Assembly (NCBI GenBank): GCA_054600435.1
Contig: BAAIJX010000018.1
Location: forward strand, 62,001 to 126,000
Source of the DNA: Neophaeotheca triangularis
Taxonomy: Eukaryota
Direction of reading: 5' to 3'
DNA length: 64,000 nucleotides
Shown piece by piece: positions 61,001 through 64,000 of the stretch; within the stretch, counting starts at the first letter, position 1; every line of letters begins with the position of its first letter. The translations under genes and the position numbers were made by a program. The notes below the pieces were generated by a model. That model worked only from the letters and a program-made list of their open reading frames with translations. It had not been told where the DNA came from and searched no databases.

Positions 61001-62969
61001 ACAAGTGACCTGTCAAGGAGCGAGGACGAGCTTGCCGTATTCGGGATGGTGCCGTTAAGGTACGTCTTTTCTGATATTACCATCCTCCTCAATGAATTAT
61101 TATTTGCGCCGAACACTCCTTTCAGCTGCACTGGAACCGCGCTACTATATGCTTGATTGAGCCATTGCAGCGCCAGACCTGTACACCGTGTACAGTGTAG
61201 GGGCTCTGACCTTTCCCAGTATCGGCCAGCTCGGCGTAACACTCGTGGCATAATCATGGCAAAGCCACCGCAAGAGACCCTCGCTTCGTCGGGGGAAAAC
61301 TACAGAAGCTATGGTAGGTAGGTAGGCAGGTAGCTCGGCGATTGGGTACATTGACCACGCATGTCATTGGAGTGTGTCTACGACTTGGGCATTTCGCCGA
61401 CGCCCTGCCTGTGCAAGCTCGACCGACTGATAAGAACCACTTGTCAGAAATCTCTTTGCAGAAGTCACCGCATCGTCTGTGAGAAGATCGATCTGTCCGT
61501 CGAGGACTCGTGAAGAATCCATGTGCGTCTTCATGAGTCGTTACCTGCAGGGAGCAATGATATCGTGCGTCTTCGATACTACTCCCTACTGACCGGTAGT
61601 CATCAGACTCCAGTCGCCAGATATTTCCTAAAAAGATTCTCAAGCCGAGCGCCATCGGTTGCCGAATGGCATTCCGGAATTGCATCGCTGACGGCTAACG
61701 GCTATCCTACTAAAGGAGCACTTCTCTGCTGCTGTGACACCCCACCTCTCACTCAGCCTCCCGCAGCGGTCAAGGGCAGCTTGTGTACGGCGAGATGCCG
61801 TTGGGCTGTCTTGCAGCGTGCTTGTCGGAGTCAAGTCCATGTACTTGGTGGGTTTCAAGGGCAGGCGCAGAACCGAATCGAGCTGGCGCGCATGTCCGTC
61901 GTCGATTGTATGTGGGCGCGACGAAAAGATCGGCGCTGTCCGCATGCTTGGGAACAAGGGAATCGTTCGCGCCGCGGCGGCCGTCGGCGGCCGTCGGCCT
62001 GGCCTGATATCGCCTGAGAAGCATCTTCCTTGAGATGTATTGTATGAACACTTCTCAAAAACTGACAGATTTCGCTACTCTGGCGTGATGGGTGACTTCA
62101 GCAAAGCAATAGGGGCTGAAGGCTTAAAACTGGTAAATAACCTTTTCCCCTTATAATCGTTTGCTCTCCATGGTGATCCTCTCACGAAACATTCCCGGAG
62201 CTAGCTCCAATCACCCAACTTACCGACTTTGGAGACTGATCTGCGTGACTGCGTCCGCGCAGCCCGGCCATATCTCAGGAACGCGACATAATGTAGGGGT
62301 GGAGGCCGGACGGCACGCAATCGCGATCGCGTGTTGCTTGTGCTCCTCGAGGTTGCACGCAACTAAGCGCTCACAGCGATTGCCAGGTACTAGACCAATT
62401 GATCGTCGAGCCTGGATGTGGTCTATTTTCCAAGCGAGATTTCGTACGACGCGGCGACGACGCTCCTTGCTACTTTTGACACAGACGGCAAATGTTCATG
62501 CTGAGTGGAATGCGGGTGGATGCTCCCTAGGGTTAGAGTTTGGGTTGGAATGCACCTTTTTGATATGTATCCAGCAGGTGTTGTGGCCATGGATCTATCA
62601 TGTGGGAATAGCTCTTCGTGCTGGGAATAGCTAATGAGTATCTTCTCGCGTTTATAGGCGGAATGAAGGTGATGATGTCTGATCTGAGGCATTCAAGGTG
62701 GTCGAATACCTACAGGCATGCACCGTAGTAGTTCTAGGCGCTCACACAATATTTTCACGCGGCAATGGAGCAATGAGACTTGAAAGGAACCAAACACGTT
62801 CGTACTGTATGCCGTTGCTAAGTAGATTACGACGTGGCAGCACGCTGTACCGCTGCCTTGCAATCAATCCACGACACTAATCCTACAGTCGCACATTTTC
62901 AGCAGAAACAAACCCTCTTAGCTAAACGCCCAATATACTCTTCAATCCGGTAGGGTATCACAGAGAACA

Positions 62970-64000
62970 CTAGCCGACATCACCGTCAATGACGGCAAGC
63001 CTTTGTTTAACCGTCTTCGCCTTCTTGCTCATACCACCAGCACCCCCCTTCTTCTTCTTCGAAGGTGGCCCGTCGCCAGCGTCGACCGGGGTGGCGGCAC
63101 CTGAAGGTTCATGAGAAGCGTCTGCGAAGTTGCCCTCGCCTATGGGAGAAGAGTCAGTATCAGAGTCCAGTCGAGTTACATGGAGACCTTTGTCCAGCTG
63201 TGACTCACCTTCATGGTACATGTCATCCATGGACATTTCTTTACGCTTGCTGGCCCCACCCGGAGCTTTCCGTTTCTTTCCCTTGCCGCCTTCCTTTGCC
63301 TCTTGCTCCACAACTTCCGCCTCGCGCTTCTCAATCTTCTCCGCCTCATCTTCGTCTGCGAGCCACATGGCAATCTCTTTGGTACGGTTGTTCTCCCTGC
63401 TCCTCGAGTTGAAATCGACGACGTTGCCTTCGCGTGCGGCCTGACCGGATATGACGACACGTTGCACCTCCTCCTTCTGGAGCGCCCGCTTCCGAATGCG
63501 TTCCTCGATGGTACCCCGAGTGATGAGCCTGTAGACGGTAACCTGACGAGTTTGGCCGAGACGATGAGCGCGGTCCATGGCTTGAGAATCGATGGTAGGG
63601 TTCCAGTCCGAGTCGTAGAAGATGACGGTGTCAGCAGAAGTCAAGTTGATGCCCAGACCACCGGCTCGCGTGGATAGTAGGAAGACGAAGATGTCTGGCG
63701 AGCTTTGGAATGCGGCGACGGTGTCGCGACGGTCCTCTAGCTTTGTTGAACCATCCAAGCGACAGTATTTGTAATTACGGTACGTCAAGTACTCCTCCAT
63801 GAGGTCGATCATGCGTGTCATCTGGAAGTAGAGGAGTACGCGATGTCCGCCCTCCTTAAGCTGTCGCAGGAGCTGATCGAGTTTGGCAAGCTTGCCAGAG
63901 TCCGTGACGAAACGACGCATGCTCGGAACTTGTATCTGGGTGTAGCGCTGCTTAGTGGACTCTGGAGCCGGGAGAAGATTCGTCACCGGGTACTTGGAAG
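62970..64000 (-). CDS. INO80: Chromatin-remodelling ATPase Ino80, 3' portion (gene starts beyond the window)
   Basis: [76 protein letters not shown]. In-frame intron 63208-63140. Confidence 0.94.
   Translation of the reverse strand, partial: SKYPVTNLLPAPESTKQRYTQIQVPSMRRFVTDSGKLAKLDQLLRQLKEGGHRVLLYFQMTRMIDLMEEYLTYRNYKYCRLDGSTKLEDRRDTVAAFQSSPDIFVFLLSTRAGGLGINLTSADTVIFYDSDWNPTIDSQAMDRAHRLGQTRQVTVYRLITRGTIEERIRKRALQKEEVQRVVISGQAAREGNVVDFNSRSRENNRTKEIAMWLADEDEAEKIEKREAEVVEQEAKEGGKGKKRKAPGGASKRKEMSMDDMYHEGESQLDKGLHVTRLDSDTDSSPIGEGNFADASHEPSGAATPVDAGDGPPSKKKKGGAGGMSKKAKTVKQRLAVIDGDVG

Noticed and set aside
1..64000. Transposons, CRISPR arrays, rRNA, secondary-metabolite backbone genes
   Set aside because: No transposase, RT or integrase motifs, LTRs/TIRs, repeat-spacer arrays, rRNA-like sequence or PKS/NRPS domains were recognised by eye. 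Degenerate elements could have been missed.

Overview
Gene-dense chromosomal window from a filamentous ascomycete. Short (mostly 50-70 nt) GT-AG introns with CTRAC/CTAAY branch sites and the gene set suggest a Dothideomycete, but this is inference. About 26 protein-coding genes can be assembled by hand. In order: Urg1-like GTP cyclohydrolase II family protein, hotdog thioesterase, amidase, NAD(P)-binding protein, a tandem array of four small Myb/SANT-like basic proteins, a membrane protein, a velvet-domain regulator, CTP synthase, a signal-peptide-bearing aldo-keto reductase, adjacent RAD14 and RAD16, a three-exon orphan gene, RPL33, BUD31 head-to-head with CBP80, G6PD, a sucrose/alpha-glucoside transporter, GSK3, complex I B14 subunit, cardiolipin synthase, a Wor1/Ryp1-type WOPR regulator with a ~7 kb gene-free upstream region, and the 3' end of INO80. 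No tRNA, rRNA, CRISPR array or intact transposon was recognised. The most interesting signal is the co-oriented four-gene array at 7752-12207, which the ORF track misses because each conserved N-terminal exon is cut off by an intron. All intron boundaries are read by eye, not confirmed by transcripts.
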